Assembly (NCBI GenBank): GCA_951406725.2
Contig: OX597815.1
Span: 81,096,001 to 81,160,000 of the forward strand
Source: Octopus vulgaris
Taxonomy: Eukaryota
Direction: 5' to 3'
DNA: 64,000 nucleotides
The notes beneath the pieces are model-generated. The model saw nothing but the letters and a program-made list of their open reading frames with translations. It ran no database searches and was not told the origin of the DNA. Made by a program: the position numbers and the translations under genes. Within the stretch, counting starts at the first letter, position 1, and every line of letters starts with the position of its first letter. Below are positions 42,002 to 56,404 of this stretch, piece after piece.

Positions 42002-42301
42002 TCCTTTTAGCTGAATACTTTTCTTCAGTGAATAAAGGCAAGGAAAGAAAGTTTGAATATTTTAATCAATAGAAAATGAAACAGTTCATTAGTGGCATTT
42101 TCTTTTCTTTCCTTTTTTTTTATTTACCTGAAGGAATCAAACACAAATATCAATCCCAAATAATAATTAAATAAATAAATAGATAAATAAAATGTCGACT
42201 GAAGGCGATGAACGGACGGAACTGCGTTCGTAAATAAATTGGAATATTAGTTTCCAGGAAAATGAAATGGAAAGCAGAAAAAAGGTACAGACTTAAAAAG
42301 G

Positions 42302-42345
<44 letters not shown>

Positions 42346-42804
42346 GGTGGTGGTGGTGGTCGGAGTGTATGAAGAGACAACAAATGGAGGGGGGCTGAAA
42401 TGCGTGTCAATAAAGGAGAGTTTACTTAGAATATTTACAAAACCTTGAAGTAGAATTCATAATGAACCCTCACCGCTCTTTCGCCCTTAAAAAGGAGGGA
42501 GTCCTTTTTCTCTTCAAACATCCCGTAATAGGGATTGCGGTGGGGAAAGAGAGTATGGCGACAAAGGGAGTAGGAGTGGAAGGGGAATTCTTGTGTACTG
42601 AGGTGGGGGAGGATTAACTGACTTTTTTTTTTTACGACCATCATCATCACCACTTACATCATCATGTAGACACTCAGCAAAACAAACAGCTTCGTTCTTT
42701 AACCATTGTAAGAACCACCATCGACACCACCAAGAACAATTGGTATCATCAACAAATAAAAAAAAAAAATTAGCAGACAATATGGCTGTCACTAATAATG
42801 ATTT

Positions 42805-42992
42805 CAAATTTTGGTGCAAGTGGAAGGGAGTAAGTGGATTACATCGATCCTAGTGTTCAGCTGGTACTTATGTTATCGACCCCGAAAGGATGAATGGCAA
42901 AGTCGACATCGGCCGAATTTGAACTCAGAGCGTTTAACAAGCCGGAAGAAAAGTCGCTAAGCATTTTGACCGACTTGCAAACGATTTCGCCA
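42805..42992 (-). mobile_element. SINE family B
   Basis: CTGGTACTTATGTTATCGACCCCGAAAGGATGAATGGCAAAGTCGAC core. Confidence 0.8.
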
Positions 42993-43049
42993 TCTGATCA
43001 CCAATAATACAAAACCATATGGCCACTAGTTGACTAGACTATCTCTACA

Positions 43050-43760
43050 TGGTCCCAGCAAGAAATAACAGCAAAGTCTCTTTAAATTCACATCCTACAG
43101 TCTTTAAACAAAGAAGAAAAAAAAAGAAAATCAAAGACATATTTGATAATGTATTTGGTCCGAGATAAGCTATTTAATGAAATCGATGAAATAGCACGGT
43201 TTGAACGATTTTGATCATAGACCTTTTGATCAGAACTAAACTAGGGACAAACAAGAGAGCCATAGTGTTGTATAGCTTGTTAGAAATATCAGCCCAAACC
43301 ACTTCAAATCACATCGTACCATCTTCAAAAGGAGAAGATACAATAGACAATGCCATGCTAGATATACTATATCCGAAACCCCCCCCCCAAAAAAAAACTG
43401 GACGAATGGGCACGACTGGACGAATGGGCACGACAGGAACGTCATTTACAAGTGAGATATAAATAACCACCATTATATGAATCACGGTCATCACTAACAA
43501 CCCGTATACCGGTTTAAGAAATATAGTCGCATTATTCAGTCGTATGTCGACCATGAGACGGTGATCGCTAAGCCTGTTAGAAACGGTTACCAAATCGTCT
43601 TCAGAACAAATCCTACCGGCTTAGTAAAAGAAGGATACTTTGAATAATGCTGTCAACTACTTGAAAGAAGAAAAACAAAAAGAAGGCGAAGCCCTTGTTT
43701 ATTTTTGCTAGATCATGGCATAGCATCTCAACAAGAATTACTCAACCAGGAAATTACTTT
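43050..43760 (+). mobile_element. Tandem degenerate copies of old dispersed repeat family D
   Basis: Motifs GAAATA.CAGC.AAA..CAAATCACA.C.TAC..TCTT.AAA..GGA..TTGGATAATG..TTTGATCATAG recur here and near 4340, 14575, 15900, 23650, 25550, 47185, 51550, 58290-58880 and 60820. Confidence 0.6.
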
Positions 43761-44804
43761 AACCTAATCAGCATTGACCATAAATATTGGTTAAAATCGA
43801 TTGGGAAGCAGAAGAAATATTACCAAATTCTTGAAAAATTAAGTTTGCAGTTTCGTATTTTGGGTTTTTTTTGTTTTTGTTTTTGAAACCATTGCTTCTT
43901 CCCACCACCACCCAACTCACCTACCATCGCCTCAATTGAAGCAACAAGAAATGCCAAGGACAAGAAATCAACACCGTTACTAATACCAACAAAACCAACA
44001 CCAGTACCTCCTCCATCCCCATTATTATCATCATCATCATCACCACTATAACACCTTGTTGTACAATTAAGTGACGAGGTTGTTAAGTGCAAAACATTTC
44101 CTTCCTAATTTATCCAATTAAAACAAAACAAAAAGGGGAGAAAAAGACGAAGAATATATAACATCTAGCTTTGATTAAACTTGAAACATCTTCCCGCCCG
44201 CCAACCACATCCATTATTCACCAATTCTTCTTCTTCTTTTTCTTGTTCTTCTTCTTCCACATCACATGCACTTCACCTCCACTTCTGAACTTCGTGTTCT
44301 TGGCACAAATCTTCACACAGTTTATAGGGTTTCGAAATGGGTCTACCGTGTCCTCCGACACCGCCAAAAGGCAAACAGCTTAGTATAAAAGAACACACAC
44401 ACACACACACGCAAGAACAAAATCCAAAAGTTAACCCCACCACCACACACAAGCGTATTAAAACAGTTCATAGTAACATATTCACGCTACTAAAACATTT
44501 ACACATAAACCTCAGACAGGCCATTAATTTTCGGAAAATATCAATATTCTCGAGTTGACCCAAAAGTAAGGTAACGATCAGGCATTAATACGATGCCAAG
44601 TGCTGCCTTGTATTTTGGGACATATAATGAAAAACCTATTTCTTTCTCAGCTTGCCGCCATACTTGGCTGTCCCACTACCTTACTTTCTGTTTTTCTTAT
44701 ATTATTTACATGATTCCTCTTGGAATTCTTGTTCACGTGTTCGGTAATATCGACCACAAACAGAAATAAGTAGGTGGGATAGAAACATCGACTTCGTTGA
44801 AACT

Positions 44805-45226
44805 CAGCGCTCCGCAACCTTTTTCCACTCGCGGTACGGCGGCGAGCTGGCAGAAACGTTAGCACGCCGAAATGCTTAGCGGTATTTCGTCTGCCGTTAC
44901 GTTCTGAGTTCTAATTCCGCCGAGGTCGACTTTGCCTTTCATCCTTTCGGGGTCGATAAATTAAGTACCAGTTACGCACTGGGGTCGATGTAATCGACTT
45001 AATACCTATGTCTGTCCTTGTTTGTCTCCTCTGTGTTTAGCCCCTTGTGGGTAATAAAGAAATAGGTACACTTACATTCTTTTCAAAATTCGGCGGCACA
45101 CGTGAACTAAAAATACAACTAAGTATAGTGGGGGTTGAAAAATTATAGTCAGGCTACACTGCGGCACACCTAGCATAGTCTAGTATGCACACGAGTGTGC
45201 CGCGGAATACAAATTGTGGAGCACTG
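44805..45226. mobile_element. hAT-like MITE carrying a nested SINE family B copy (44838-45067)
   Basis: TIRs CAGCGCTCCGCAA / TTGTGGAGCACTG (11/13), TSD TTGAAACT / TTAAAACT, internal CGGCACAC motifs; the SINE has GGTAC at both junctions. Confidence 0.75.
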
Positions 45227-46690
45227 TTAAAACTTGAACTAAGAGCATAAAACGAACAAAACAAAATACTGAATCGCACCCAGTTCGGTGCTGCACTTTG
45301 GCAAGCTGGCAGAATTGTTAGCACGCTGTACAAAAATGCTTAATGGCATTTCATCCGACATTACGTTCTGAGTTCAAATGCCGCCGAGTTCGACTTTGCC
45401 TTTCATTCATTCGAGGTCGATGAAATAAGTACCAGCTACGTACTGGGGTCGATGTAATCGACTAGGCCACTCACCCTAAATTTCAAACCTTGTGCCTATA
45501 GTAGAAAGGATTATTATTATTGAAATGTGGGTGAATGTAGCAAGAATGGGCTCTGAGTGAACGGGTCTACTCTAAGCATACGCATGGAGGAGTGCATTTA
45601 CTCTTGTGCTCAAGGCGACTATGGTGAATTGACAGTAAATATGAGTGAAAGAGATTAAAAGAAATAAAACTGCTTCAAAAAACAATCCGTCTCTTGTCTA
45701 TTTCTTAAGCATCTACTTATACACACACGCGCGCGGCTGTGTATGTATGTATACACCCCCCCCCGTGTCCATAAATTACCTTTACAATTTCCATAATTTT
45801 GTACTCCATATTGTAAACAGACTTTATGGACAGTCTGTGTGTGAGTATATCAATTTAATGAGTATTAAAGTTGATATCTCTCTCTCTCACTGGTCGGAGT
45901 ACTTTTTTGTTGATTCTACCTAACACACACACACACACAAATTCATTAAGTTACGGCTTCCATCTCTGCCTCGTCCTGCCTGTTACCCGGTTTCCACGGC
46001 CCGTAAGTAACCGAGATCACATCATACCCTTCAAACAGAAAACCAGTCCGTTTCAGAAATTACGGTTAAAGGCTGTAGCAGACTTTGTCGAATCAGCTAC
46101 ATAAACTCAAGCGAGCGCACGACCACATAACGATAATAATAATAATATTACACAACAAATCTACTTTTATTCCGAAACAGAGGAACGTTGGAGAGAAGGA
46201 AAATATGAGCCTTGCATTATTAATTTATTATCCATGGAACTAGAGACCATGTCAGGTGTTGACTCTTTTTGCGTTTTTATCACCTCCAGGGAGGGCAAAC
46301 AGCCATATGTAATGGGGGTACGGTTCAATCGATTACACCGCTAATCACCTGCAATTTCTGGCCCTGTGCCAATACGAGAAAATTATAGTTGACTAAAGAA
46401 AGAAAATCCTCAAGAAATACGAGAACAGAGCAGAGAGAGAGAATGAAAGATATTAACTTCCTTGTTCGAATGATTAATGTGTTATAAAAAGCAAGCACGC
46501 CGTACGCGCAGAAATAAATGCAAGAAAGAATATGTATTTAGAAATCATATTTTTAGACGACGTCAAACAAAGATCTTTCAAAACGGGCGCGCTTACACGA
46601 AAATACATGCTGCATACATACATACATTTATACAACCGGTATGTATATATAATCTGTCTGTCTATACATATATATACACCTCTCTCTCTC

Positions 46691-46729
<39 letters not shown>

Positions 46730-46848
46730 ATAAGATCGTTATTTAAAATACCGATCAAATTAGGTGGCCAGAAATGGGAATATAAAACCTCATAGGTAAT
46801 AATAATTATTAAAATTATGATTAAGAGTATCTAAGAGATACCACCATG

Positions 46849-46928
46849 CTAGATATAGCAGCCAAAACTTGACTCTAAAAGCACATTTAATGTGGGTTTT
46901 AGAATCAGGTTTTGGCTGCTATATATAG
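46849..46928. repeat. About 80-bp near-perfect palindrome (foldback of family D 5' segment)
   Basis: ATATAGCAGCCAAAACTTGACTCTAAAAGCACATT / AATGTGGGTTTTAGAATCAGGTTTTGGCTGCTATAT. Confidence 0.85.
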
Positions 46929-47312
46929 ATACCCTTAATTATAATTTTATAAGAAAGAAAGATGATAGATAGATAGATACGCAATGCATACACACAAAGA
47001 AAATTTTGCCAGTAGAGTGTAAAAACGGGAAGAAGAGCTTTAACACGAAGTGTATACAACAGAAAGAAAAGAAGTAGAGAAAAGGAGAAACCAAGCTATG
47101 ACCTATATCAACTGACTCAGGAGTGTAAGAGAAAGGTGAGCAATAGCAAAGCGGTTGAACCATTATGCGGTCACATGGCTTGTTAGAAACAGCAGTCAAG
47201 TCTAATCAAATTACACCCGGTTGTCTTGAAGGAGAAAATACACGAGATAATAAAGATATAGTCTTCTCTATGTGTGTATATGTGTATTATATATATACAT
47301 ATGTGTGTGTGC

Positions 47313-47365
<53 letters not shown>

Positions 47366-47777
47366 TACATACATACACGCATACATAGCCACACTAGGCT
47401 GGAAAAAAAAATGGGTAACTTATATAGCTGGATTTCCTTTTGTCACAAAGCCTGTTCGATCAAGATTCATCTGGGGACTAAACAACAAAATCAATCGGTT
47501 AAATGGTGTAAGGGAAGTAACTCGGATCAATTTGGCTTTGCTGGTGAAACAACATTGACAAGATCGTACGTAGCGCGATAACAAAGGTTAAACGGATCCT
47601 AACCATTCACAGACCTAATAAATAATTCTTTAAAGTTTGGAGAAGCTTCATAGTCAAAACTAACCAATTCATGTAATCTAAGAACATAGGAGCAATTTAT
47701 TTTTTCAGTTTCAAGTGTTCGTAGTGATTCATAATCTTTTTTTAAGCTTTGCTTCCCACACATACCCTGGAATATTT

Positions 47778-48169
47778 GGCAATCTTTCGTCTCTAGTAGA
47801 CCTTTCCGTCGATTTCCGTAAAAAAGATTTTTTTTTCTTTACATATGGGCTTGCGGGAACTTTTGAAGTAATGAGAGCGAAAGAGACTAAGAGAAAGCGA
47901 TTGTATGACGAGGGAAGTTCTTTTGAAGTTACCGTGCATGTGAAGCATTGATGTACATGTGTGTGTTTGATGGGGTGTGGGAGACAGACAGTATGTTGTG
48001 TAAGTAGTGTGTGTGAAGAGACAGAGTAATGTGTGAAAGAAAGAGATAACTGAAATTTTTTACTCGGTGTATGTGGACATGTATGTATATTACTTCAAAA
48101 GTTCCCGCAAGCCCATATGTAACAAAAAAATTTTTTTACGGAAATCGACGGAAAGGTCTACTAGAGACC
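47778..48169. mobile_element. MITE with about 80-bp TIRs, Merlin-like
   Basis: Inverted arms 47789-47872 and 48089-48168; GAATATTT on both flanks (47770-47777, 48170-48177); starts GG and ends CC; right TIR lacks about 10 bp near its tip. Confidence 0.75.
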
Positions 48170-48644
48170 GAATATTTTTTTCTGTGCCCTAATCCCAGAC
48201 ATCTTTTATTTGTTTCACTCACTGGACTGCGGCCTTGCTGGAGCATCACCTTGATCAAATCGACCCTAGAACATTTTTCAAAAAAATTTTTAGCATGAAA
48301 AAAAAAAAAAAATGCCCGTACATCTATAGGTCACGTCGGGGACATGACCAAACTACGTCTGATTGTCAAACTCAGAAACAATGTGCTTCCGCACAGTTTC
48401 CCTCAACCAAATTTAGCCCCAACGCTTTAGAGACTCCGGGGCCATAGTAGAAGTTACTTGCCCAAGGCACGCAGTAGGACTGAACCCGAAACCACATATG
48501 ACTAACAGAAATAGATAGTTTCTGAAAGAAAAAAAAATTGAATACCTAAAATAAAAATAAAATTTGTGATATTTATCAAAATTTTAAATATTGTTTTAAA
48601 TTAGTTTAATTATCATAAAATTTATATGACTACTTAAATGCTGG

Positions 48645-49012
48645 TTTCCAATTTTGGCACAAAGCCAGTAATTTCGGGGGGGGGGTGTTAAGTCGATTTC
48701 ATCGACCTCAGTATTCAACTGGTACTTATTTTATCGACCTCGAAAATATGAAAGGTAAAGTCGACCTCGGCGGAATTTGAACTCAGAACGTAAAGAGGGA
48801 TGAAATGACGCAAAGCATTCTGTCCGGCACGCTAACAATTCTGCCAGCTGACCGCCTTTGTGTGGTAAGTAGCTTGCTAACCAACCACATGGTTCCGGGT
48901 TCGGTCCCACTGCGTGGCATCTTGGGCAAGTGTCTTCTACTATAGCCTCGGGCCGACCAAAGCCTTGTGAGTGGATTTGGGAGACGGAAACTGAAAGAAG
49001 CCTGTCGTATAT
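48645..49012. mobile_element. SINE family B (minus, 48645-48858) abutting 5' half of SINE family A (plus, 48860-49012)
   Basis: Head-to-head junction GACCGCCTT|TGTGTGGTAAG. Confidence 0.85.
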
Positions 49013-49212
49013 ATGTAAGGTTTCTCTGGGAGTCCCTTTTTAAAGTAGAAGAAATAGCTAAGGTTTTTGGCTGCTATTTCTAACCTTCGGTATGTGGTAA
49101 AGCAAATCTTTGCTGAACCCTAATTATTAAGTATTACTTAAGTTTACCGTGAAATGGTCCTTTTTTTGTGCCGAATTCTACTTGGTGAAATTATTGATTA
49201 CTTCTTAATTAA

Positions 49213-49252
<40 letters not shown>

Positions 49253-49263
49253 TAGATAGATAT

Positions 49264-49317
<54 letters not shown>

Positions 49318-50267
49318 CAATTACAGCAGGACACGAGGTAAACTGGACCTTGGCGTAATGTGAACTCGAAACGTTAAACTCAAGTCCGTCTTTCTACATA
49401 GTTCGCCATCCCTGTCTTCCAACAAAAAGCAGAGGGAGGAGAAAAAACAGAAAAGCTTGAAAATGATTTTCTTCCGATATTCTTCTCAGAGTTAGCTCCC
49501 TTATGAATGACAACAGCCGTCCAGAGAAATATAGGTTAATGCAATGCTAATCGCCTATCAACAGGATCATTCACCAACAATAACTGGAGCAGAAGGACAA
49601 ACTGCAGCTACGACCTAGTTAACTAAGTGAACGAGAGATAATGCTGACTGGGAAAAACCGAAAAGATTAAGCGATGAAACCTCCTCCTCTACCACCATCG
49701 ACATCATAACCTACCAACCTGCTCCCCCCGCCAGAAATAAAAGAGTATTTATCTAATCCCTTTGGTCAATTATTATTTTAAATACTTCTCCTTTTTTTTC
49801 TTTTTTACCGGTTGCTAATCCACTTAATTTCTCTCTTCGTCACACACATACAAACACAGAAAGAAAGGTAGCATCGTAGAGCCACACTTTCATACAGAGA
49901 GAGACAGTGGAACATGTATATATACACACATACACACACACACTAGACATTTTTGGCGTCAAAAGGGTGTTCTATCTCTTTCGATATTATTATTTTTCTT
50001 TGTTTTATTTTTGGGCTGCAAAGAAACATTAACTCGGATAAGGATTATGTTAGGAAGTAAATCTACTAAACCATATTAAATTTACAAGCTAATTAAAATC
50101 ATATTGCATTACACATCACTTACAAAAACCACTTAGCGACATGGTCAATATAGTCAACCTAATTAATAGAATATAGCCAAGCTAATTAATAACATGGAAT
50201 ATAATAATGTGTTTTGTCGTCAAAATGAGGTGAGAAAAAAAAATTAAGAGATCAATAATAAAAGTAA

Positions 50268-50618
50268 TTCTTTCTACTATAGGCACAAAGCCTGACATTT
50301 TGTGTGTGAGGTGTGGGCTGATCGATTATATCGACCTCGTGCACAACTGGTACTTGTCTTATCGACTATGAAAGGATGAAAGAGAAAGCTGCTTTCGATG
50401 ACATTTGAACACAGAACGTAACGAGCCGGATGAAATGCTGCTAAACACTTTATTCGGCTGGACGAAATGCTTCGTTCTGAGTTCAAATTCCGCCGAGGTC
50501 AATCTTGCCTTTCATCCTTTCGGGGTCGATGAATTAAGTACCAATGAAACACTGCGGTCGATGTAATCCACTAGTCCCCTCTCCACAAATTCCAGACCTT
50601 GTGCCTTTAGTTGAAAGG

Positions 50619-50668
<50 letters not shown>

Positions 50669-51082
50669 GGGTGTCAAGTTGGCAGGATTGTTAACACGCC
50701 GGACAAAATGCTTGACAGCATTTCTTCGGATTTTGCATTCTGAATTCAAATTCCACCGAAGTCGACTTTGCCTTTCATCCTTTCGGGGATCGATAAAATA
50801 CCAGCTGAGTACTGGGGTCGATGTAATCGACTATACCCCTCCCCCAAATCTCAGGGCCGTGTGCCTATTATAGAAAGGATTATCATTATTATTATTATTA
50901 TTAATTAGAGCTGTTGTTATTTTTAGCGTGGGTACAAGGCCTGAAATTTCAGGAGCAGGTTTAGTCGATATCATGACTGGTATTATACTTGACTGGTGTT
51001 TTGATTTATCAGAATGTAAAGATTCGGATGAAATACCGCTCAGCATTTTGTCCGACGGCTATAACGATTCTGCCAGCTCGCT
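50268..51082. mobile_element. Cluster of four SINE family B copies in mixed orientation (-,+,+,-)
   Basis: Copies at about 50268-50455, 50457-50622, 50669-50882 and 50925-51082 with (ATT)n linkers. Confidence 0.8.
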
Positions 51083-52611
51083 AAGTTTGACAATCGTCCA
51101 ACGCTCATGCAAATAAATGTGAACTTGGTAAAATATTTCTCTGTTTAAATTCGACGAATGAAAGGTAACTTGTCGACAGTTTTACGCGTAATAACGTAGA
51201 GCAAAGTTTGGTAATGATAAAATAAGATTAAATTTCCATCACCATATTGGCGAGTAAGCAAATTAGAAAAAGCAAAAATCAAGTGGAGATAATCCCCAAT
51301 TTCAGCAAACACTTGCAGACTGAGTAACCTCCCTTGAATGATAAAACTACCTTTTCTAACATTGTTGCTCAAGTCATTCTCATCTTTATATATGTCAATA
51401 AACAGCAAAGTCTAAAATATTGACTACGTTTCGTGTGATTATAGTTTAGTTTTTAACTTCTCAGTGACAAATATCACTAGAGAATCTAGACGGTGGCCTT
51501 AAAGCTGGTAAGAATTAATTAGAATATTTGTAATTTTGAAGATTCGTTACGGTCGTTTAGCCCAAGATCAGCTCCGATCCAACAAAACCTATGACCAAGA
51601 AGTGAGCATTGACCATCATGTTATTTACCCAATCATATTTTTCAGGCATTCTGTATTTAATACAACATTAACTAACGCGCCTATCTTTTCTTTTCTTTTT
51701 CTCTTCATTTTTTTTTAAAATTCCATCCCACCGACATCAAGATGTGACATTTTAAACAAGTCAAGTGTCTTTATAGAAGCGAAAGTCCTTGGATTAAACT
51801 CAAGAAGAGTGGAGATGAGGAATGGAAATTCTTAGTTCAAATCTCTCACAATGGTATATTTTGCTTTGTACTCTTTTAGGAATTATAAAATATAACAACA
51901 GTCAAATAACGGAATCGATTACGTCGACTGTACACTTCAGTTCCAAAATGTGTAGTTTTGTATTCTTGTACTTGAAATCTTAATTATAAACACTGGAGGT
52001 TGCAGCGGAGAAGACGAGTGGGTGGGACATCAGTCAGAAACTGCTTTGCTATAATTGGTTACTTAATGTTATGAAAGGTTGATGTTGCTACGCCTCAGTC
52101 CCCCTCGTGCTACAAACGTTCTGAGAATATGTCGGAGGAGTGTAGACTTGCTTACTAATTTCACACACTTAAGGCCACGAGTGGGAAACGCTATACGCAA
52201 CAGAAAAACTAAATAAGTAAAATTTTTCAAATGCACTATTTTTAGTGACATCGTCCAGTCATATATATATATCAAAGGCGTAGCGAGGAGATTAAGGTAC
52301 GTACAACCACAAAATTTCTTCTATGTTAAGAAGGAAAGTGAGAACTATTACTCTTATGAACATAAGAAATATATTGCTTCTGGGCCTGTAGTATATTTTA
52401 CCTTACCTCTCCCAACCCACCCATCCACACGAGGAATGAAAGGCAAAGTCACCCTCTCAGGAGAGAATATTCCAACTCAGAAGATAAAGAGCAAGAACAA
52501 ATCGCCGCAACTTATCCGATAATAACGATTCCGCCAATCCACCAACTTAAATAATAATAATAATTCTGTACACTATCTACTTTAATTAGACTGGTGTCCT
52601 CACCATGATCG

Positions 52612-52655
52612 GTACCTTCGCTACATTTCAGCTGTTCAGCCTTCTTCAGGTGTCT
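52612..52655 (-). ncRNA. Minimal hammerhead-ribozyme-like motif (Penelope type)
   Basis: Minus strand AC-CTGAAGA-AGGCTGAACAGCT-GAAA-TGTAGCGAAGGT; both core boxes intact, GCTG/CAGC stem II. Confidence 0.5.
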
Positions 52656-53211
52656 TGTGTTGAACTAGATTGTTATATCTGAACTTCGAACCCAACCCTT
52701 TATTTGATCCACAGGGAACACTGTTCCCATTCTGCTCTCGGGGTTTCGTAACATTTTTCGCTTCAGTTAGTTTTATTTATTTATTTATTTATTTGTGAAT
52801 TCAACCTAGTGTCATGCCTAGGATTGAACTCAGAACCTCTTGACGACTGCAATGCATTAACCAACGCCGGTCTCCAGTACGCTGTGCGTACAACAGCCGA
52901 AACGTAGTGAAAGCAACAACCAAGACAAGGACACCAGTCCGGCCAATATAAAATAGTGTACGTAAAATGAATTGCTCATTTCGGAAATACAAACTTGATA
53001 AACTTAATATTGGGTGATAGGTTGACTTAATGTTGAGTGGTAAAATTAAAATAAGAAATGTTAATGCGAATTAGAAAACAATGAAGACGGTTGGAACCGA
53101 AATATAGTGACAAGTAACATTCAAGATGAAAAACCAGGCAGGCTAATATGAACAATACACAAAATATAAATTCCTCATCGCACCAGTATAGAGTTGAATA
53201 ATAATACTTGT

Positions 53212-53993
53212 AGCTGTGTGGTAAGAAGCTTGCTTCTCAACCACATGGTTCCGGGTTCAGTCCCACTGCATGGCACCTTGAGTATGTGTCTTCTACTATT
53301 GCCAAAGGCCGACTAAAGCCTTCTGAGTGGATTTGGTAGACGGAAACTGAAAGAAGCCTATGTATCTCTGTGTGTGTGTTTGTCTTTATGTCTGTGTTTG
53401 GCTTCCACCACCGCTTGACAACCGGTGTTGGTGTATTTACGTCCCTGTAATTTATCGGTTCGGCAAAAGAGACCCCATAGAATAAGTACTAGGTTTGAAG
53501 AGAAAAAATAATAATGACTAAAATCCTTCAAGGCGGGTTCCCCAGCATGGCCGCAATCAAATGACGGAAACAAATAAAAGATAAGATACAGAAACAAACT
53601 CTGAAAGTGGAAGTTGGGGTGGGGTGAAGCGATGACGATGATGATGATGATGATAAGCGGGGGAGCATCATAGCCATGTTTGAGAGGAACTTTGGAAGGT
53701 TTGGATAATTCACGCTAGGAAACACGGGTGTTTCGTTCATTACTCTTAAACAAACCTTATTCAGAGACCTTTTGAGCGGGATGGGTTACTCGACCTGAAG
53801 AAAATTCTAACTGCAAGGTCATGCACTGTTAATCTTGATATGAGATCACCATGTCGGGCACATATGGTTTTGATGCATGTGCCTAGTGTACCCTTATCAG
53901 ACATGTAGTTATAATGGGTATGTATACTGGGCTTCGTATAATTTACCCCAGTGTCACTTTGATGGCATGCACTGCTCACTCACTCACTCACTC
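53212..53993 (+). mobile_element. SINE family A (53212-53585) and 3' part of family C (53656-53993) ending in (AAT)n
   Basis: Homology to other copies in the window. Confidence 0.85.
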
Positions 53994-55036
53994 AATAATA
54001 ATAATAATAATAATCATTATCATTTACAACAGAAGCACATGGTGACATTTTGTACTAAACTTTATTCATTTATAGACGGGTAGAAATATGGTTAGCGACG
54101 GGTTTCTTTAAGTTCAGTCAACGAAATTTGAAACTCATTAGTCGGAGTACTTAACTGCTACTAGACGTAGCCATTATCGAAGTCCCTGAGAGAGAGGTCG
54201 AACGCTGAAAGCGAACACGACTCCCACAACTGCTACTACCACCACCACAACAATTGCTGCTACTACTGCTGCTACTACCACCACCACCACCACTACAGTG
54301 CAGTGCAGTCAGTCACATCTACACTGCATATTGCCTGCCTGTCGGTTTTTGCTGCTGCTGCTGTTGCTGCTGATCTGTATAGATCCAGGCTATAAAAACT
54401 GTGCAGTGATTGCAAGATTATTCTTGGAGACTAAATCGATAACGGTAACAACATTTGATTTTTCTGCTGATAGCACAAGATGTATTGGGAATGGGGAAGG
54501 GAGTGAGGAAAGCTCGGGGACGATGGCGGCACAGGAGAGAGAGAGAGAGAAAGAGAAAGGTAGGTGGCGATGCAGCTGATAAGAAGGGGGTGGAATGGTG
54601 TTGGTGGTGGTGATAGTGGTAATGAAAAAAAAAATGATGATAGTATGCTGTTATTGGAAGGGGGGTGGAGCTGATACAGAAGGTAGTAGCAGTGGTGGTG
54701 GTGGTGTCGGAAGTATTAATGGTGGCGGTGGTGGTGGTGGTGGTAATATTTCTGACGCTCATAGTAATAACAATGGTGATAGCTGCAGTAGTGGAATTAA
54801 CCTCGACAGTATCGGAGAAGTATTGAAGGCAGTGTGGGGAGGGGAGGGGAGAGGGGGTGGCGCGGATAACGGCGGTGGTCGGTGGGAACGTTGGTGCAGC
54901 ATCGGTTTTCTTCTATATTTTCAGCAGGTTTTCAAGACAACCTTGGCTTACTTTGATTCTTAGTTGAGAGAAGAAGCGAGAGCTGGTGGCGTTGACGACG
55001 GCGCAGAAGAGGTGGTACTGGAGACAGAGAGACATA

Positions 55037-55279
<243 letters not shown>

Positions 55280-55490
55280 CATACATACACACATACATAC
55301 ATAGATGGAGAGGTGGGGAAGTGGGGCATAAAAGGAAACAGGACCGAGATTAGCGAAGGCTGCGGTTACGGATTATATTTTATACTTTACGCTCCACAAA
55401 TAGAAATTTCTTCAAGAACACACCCACACCTCAAAATTATGTAGGTAACGAAGTGTCAATAACATCACACACACCTAAACACACACACAC

Positions 55491-55557
<67 letters not shown>

Positions 55558-56164
55558 AAAATGAGTATCCCGTTTCTGTTCATTTCCATATCCGTACATA
55601 GAATATGCAATCTTAAAAGCATGTTATATTCGTGTGTATATCAGGTTTTTAAAATTACACGCACACCCACAAAACACAGTTTTATAGACATACACAAATT
55701 CACACACCGCATACGTATAAATGCATACACACATACCAACATTCAAATATGTGAGATTTTGAAATTTTTAATCATTTAAAAAAAATATATATTTATTATT
55801 TTTTTTGGGGCGGTGGAGGGAGCATACAACTATGTTAAACATTGCTTTCAGTGACAAGCACAGCACACCGTCATACATTTTGGAAGAGGAGAATATAAAA
55901 GATTAAAGTCGATTCCAGTTCTTGAACGGTACAGTAAGTTATCGATCCCGGAAGGATAGAGGGTTAAGATGACCGCAGCGTAATATCAGAGCGCAGAAGG
56001 TCGTGAAAGAAGCACCGTAAGACATTTTTACCCGGTGCTTGAACGATTCCGCCAGTCTACCCTTCCCCAGTTAAGTAATACTGCCAATGTATTTAACAAA
56101 ATTGGGCCGCAGACACTTAAATCTGCTTGTTCTGTGAAGCACTGATGAAATGGTTCCATAGATC

Positions 56165-56373
56165 TCACTCTCTTTTACTCTTTTACTTGTTTCAGTCATT
56201 TGACTGCGGCCATGCTGGAGCACCGCCTTTAGTCGAGCAACTCGACCCCGGGACTTATTCTTTTTGTAAGCCCAGTACTTATTCTATCGGTCTCTTTTTG
56301 CCGAACCGCTAAGTGACGGGGACATAAACACACCAGCATCAGTTGTCAAACAATGCTAGGGGGACAAACACAA

Positions 56374-56404
<31 letters not shown>

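Noticed and set aside
43398-43433. 18-bp direct repeat CTGGACGAATGGGCACGA x2 as a CRISPR-like array
   Set aside because: No spacer, only two units, inside a eukaryotic repeat; simple tandem duplication.
51145-51408. 87-aa non-repetitive minus ORF
   Set aside because: Non-ATG start, no recognisable domain and only weak splice signals.
54298-54963. ORFs with poly-L/poly-G and a TATAAAA at about 54391
   Set aside because: Composition comes from (CTG)n and (GGT)n repeats; no downstream exon structure supports a plus-strand gene.
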